Positions 62,712 to 64,000 of a DNA stretch of 64,000 nt are shown piece by piece. Location of the stretch: the NCBI GenBank assembly GCA_934255455.1, contig CAKQNS010000005.1, positions 1,126 through 65,125 on the forward strand. Direction: 5' to 3'. The DNA is from an uncultured Alphaproteobacteria bacterium. GTDB lineage: Bacteria > Pseudomonadota > Alphaproteobacteria > Rs-D84. A program made the translations under genes and the position numbers. Within the stretch, counting starts at the first letter, position 1; the number at the start of each line of letters is the position of its first letter. The notes below the pieces were generated by a model. That model was not told the origin of the DNA. It searched no databases and worked only from the letters and a program-made list of their open reading frames with translations.

Positions 62712-64000
62712 CTACCACTGTTCTAATCTGAAATTCTGAACATCAGACGGCGTCACCGTGGCGGAATCATTCCCGTACCATGTAAACGCTACATATTTTG
62801 CGTTGGTCTCGGTCGTGAATGTGAATCCGGTCCGTTTATTGTTGGCACGCGACAACATCGATTTGTTCGCGTCGTATGTTGCGTAAATCAGACTTGGCAC
62901 CGCCGTCGAAGTATATGTCACGGTGTACTGTGTGTTTGGTTCAACCGGTATATAGTCCGTACGCAGACGCTTGGTTGTATTGGTGAACGGCCCCGACATT
63001 GATACCTGGCCCTGGACAATCGGACGTTCAATTGATTCTGTGGCATCGTTATGCACAGAATATACGGTACCACCCTTGTTCACACGGAATTTGCCATAGG
63101 TTGTGCCCCGGGTCATATTGCCATAGAACACGGTGCCATTTATATCTACGTTCAACGACGGGGTTGTTTTCTTGGTATTGCGCAGATATATTGTGTGGTT
63201 GCCCGCGTGCAATATCCGTCCGCAATCGCCGGCCTCGTCGGCACCAGCGCCATATCCAATGGTGGTCAATCCACTGCCGCACTGGGTACGGGTCAATCCA
63301 CCGGTTGCCGACCAATACCCCGCACCAACCGCAATACACGCGTTCGACAATACCGTTGCACGGGTCGATGCAGACTGTGATTTATTATAATATCCACCAT
63401 CACAGCTCAAGCCATCCTTTAATAACCAGCATGTCGATGCGCCGTTGCTGGTGCTGGTACCGTAATCGTTATCCGAACCCAAATAGCACGCATCATTTAC
63501 CAAGGTACCGTGGTCAATTCTGGAATTAAATATCGCCTGGCATTTGGTCTTGGTCGTGTGGTCGCCAATTGCCCCGGTATTATAATACGAATACCGTGCC
63601 AATGCATCTGCGTACTTGGTTGCCGTTGGGCATGTGGTGCACTTGGTCGCACCGGCCGCGTCGGTATATGTTGCACCCGTGCATGCCGTTTGTGCGGTTG
63701 CACCATTGGTGTCCACATAATACCCGGCGTCGGATTTAACACATGCCGTGGCCAGGCTTGAACCCGTGTTCGGATTGTATGTGCCCGCCGTGCATAATGT
63801 GCGACCACCAATGCCGCCCCAGTTCACGATTGTGCCACCCGCACAATATCCACCGGCCGCGCAAACTGTTTCCATATCATCATTTTCCGTTTTAATGTAT
63901 TTGCCCGCGGTTGTTTTTGCCTGGCATTGATCAATGCGGATTTTGCCATCTGTCGTATTGTGCGTGTAAATGGTTGGGCACTCGTCACACTTGGTCAATG
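62712..64000 (-). CDS. Secreted Cys-rich repeat protein, 5'-partial (family B C-terminal domain plus adhesin-like Cys repeats)
   Basis: The N-terminal part visible in the window has CAAGGYCAGG, CTAGTYNPNTG...C and CTGATYTDAAGATKCTTC repeats like the 1..1826 ORF. Its C-terminal 150 aa are homologous to the 24774..25751 protein. The start lies beyond the window. Confidence 0.65.
   Translation of the reverse strand, partial: LTKCDECPTIYTHNTTDGKIRIDQCQAKTTAGKYIKTENDDMETVCAAGGYCAGGTIVNWGGIGGRTLCTAGTYNPNTGSSLATACVKSDAGYYVDTNGATAQTACTGATYTDAAGATKCTTCPTATKYADALARYSYYNTGAIGDHTTKTKCQAIFNSRIDHGTLVNDACYLGSDNDYGTSTSNGASTCWLLKDGLSCDGGYYNKSQSASTRATVLSNACIAVGAGYWSATGGLTRTQCGSGLTTIGYGAGADEAGDCGRILHAGNHTIYLRNTKKTTPSLNVDINGTVFYGNMTRGTTYGKFRVNKGGTVYSVHNDATESIERPIVQGQVSMSGPFTNTTKRLRTDYIPVEPNTQYTVTYTSTAVPSLIYATYDANKSMLSRANNKRTGFTFTTETNAKYVAFTWYGNDSATVTPSDVQNFRLEQW

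Overview
This 64-kb window looks like a chromosomal segment from a moderately AT-rich, probably host-associated alphaproteobacterium-like organism. Pointers to that lineage are an RpoD with a long acidic insert, IHF, Obg, an S16 with an Ala/Glu-rich tail and a fused AccD-AccA. Housekeeping genes are clear: obg, prfB (with its +1 frameshift), amiC, accDA, cysS, rpoD, pfk, dnaK, rplY, rsmD, tadA, gpmI, rsmH, dnaE, secA, xseA, tsaD, tsaB, rimI, recN, addA, and the rpsP-rimM-trmD-rplS operon. There are five tRNAs: Met-CAU, Arg-CCG, Ser-CGA, Ser-GCU and Gly-CCC.

These are interleaved with an unusually large set of signal-peptide-bearing, cysteine-rich hypothetical proteins that fall into at least two paralogous families. 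One of them is a large adhesin-like ORF at the left edge (1..1826, minus strand) that the supplied ORF track does not list, because it runs off the window without a stop codon.

Other notable content: three tandem 181-bp tRNA-Arg-derived repeats; tRNA-Gly 3'-fragment duplications; tandem translationally coupled kinase-fold genes, the second with a degenerate catalytic motif; a Lon homolog lacking its protease domain; a split, AddB-less addA; a Pif1 helicase next to tRNA-Met; an alkyltransferase-like protein; and recurring GC-rich hairpin and heptamer repeat families in intergenic spacers.

I found no CRISPR array, rRNA, transposase or integrase. Start codons and boundaries are estimates from reading the sequence by eye.
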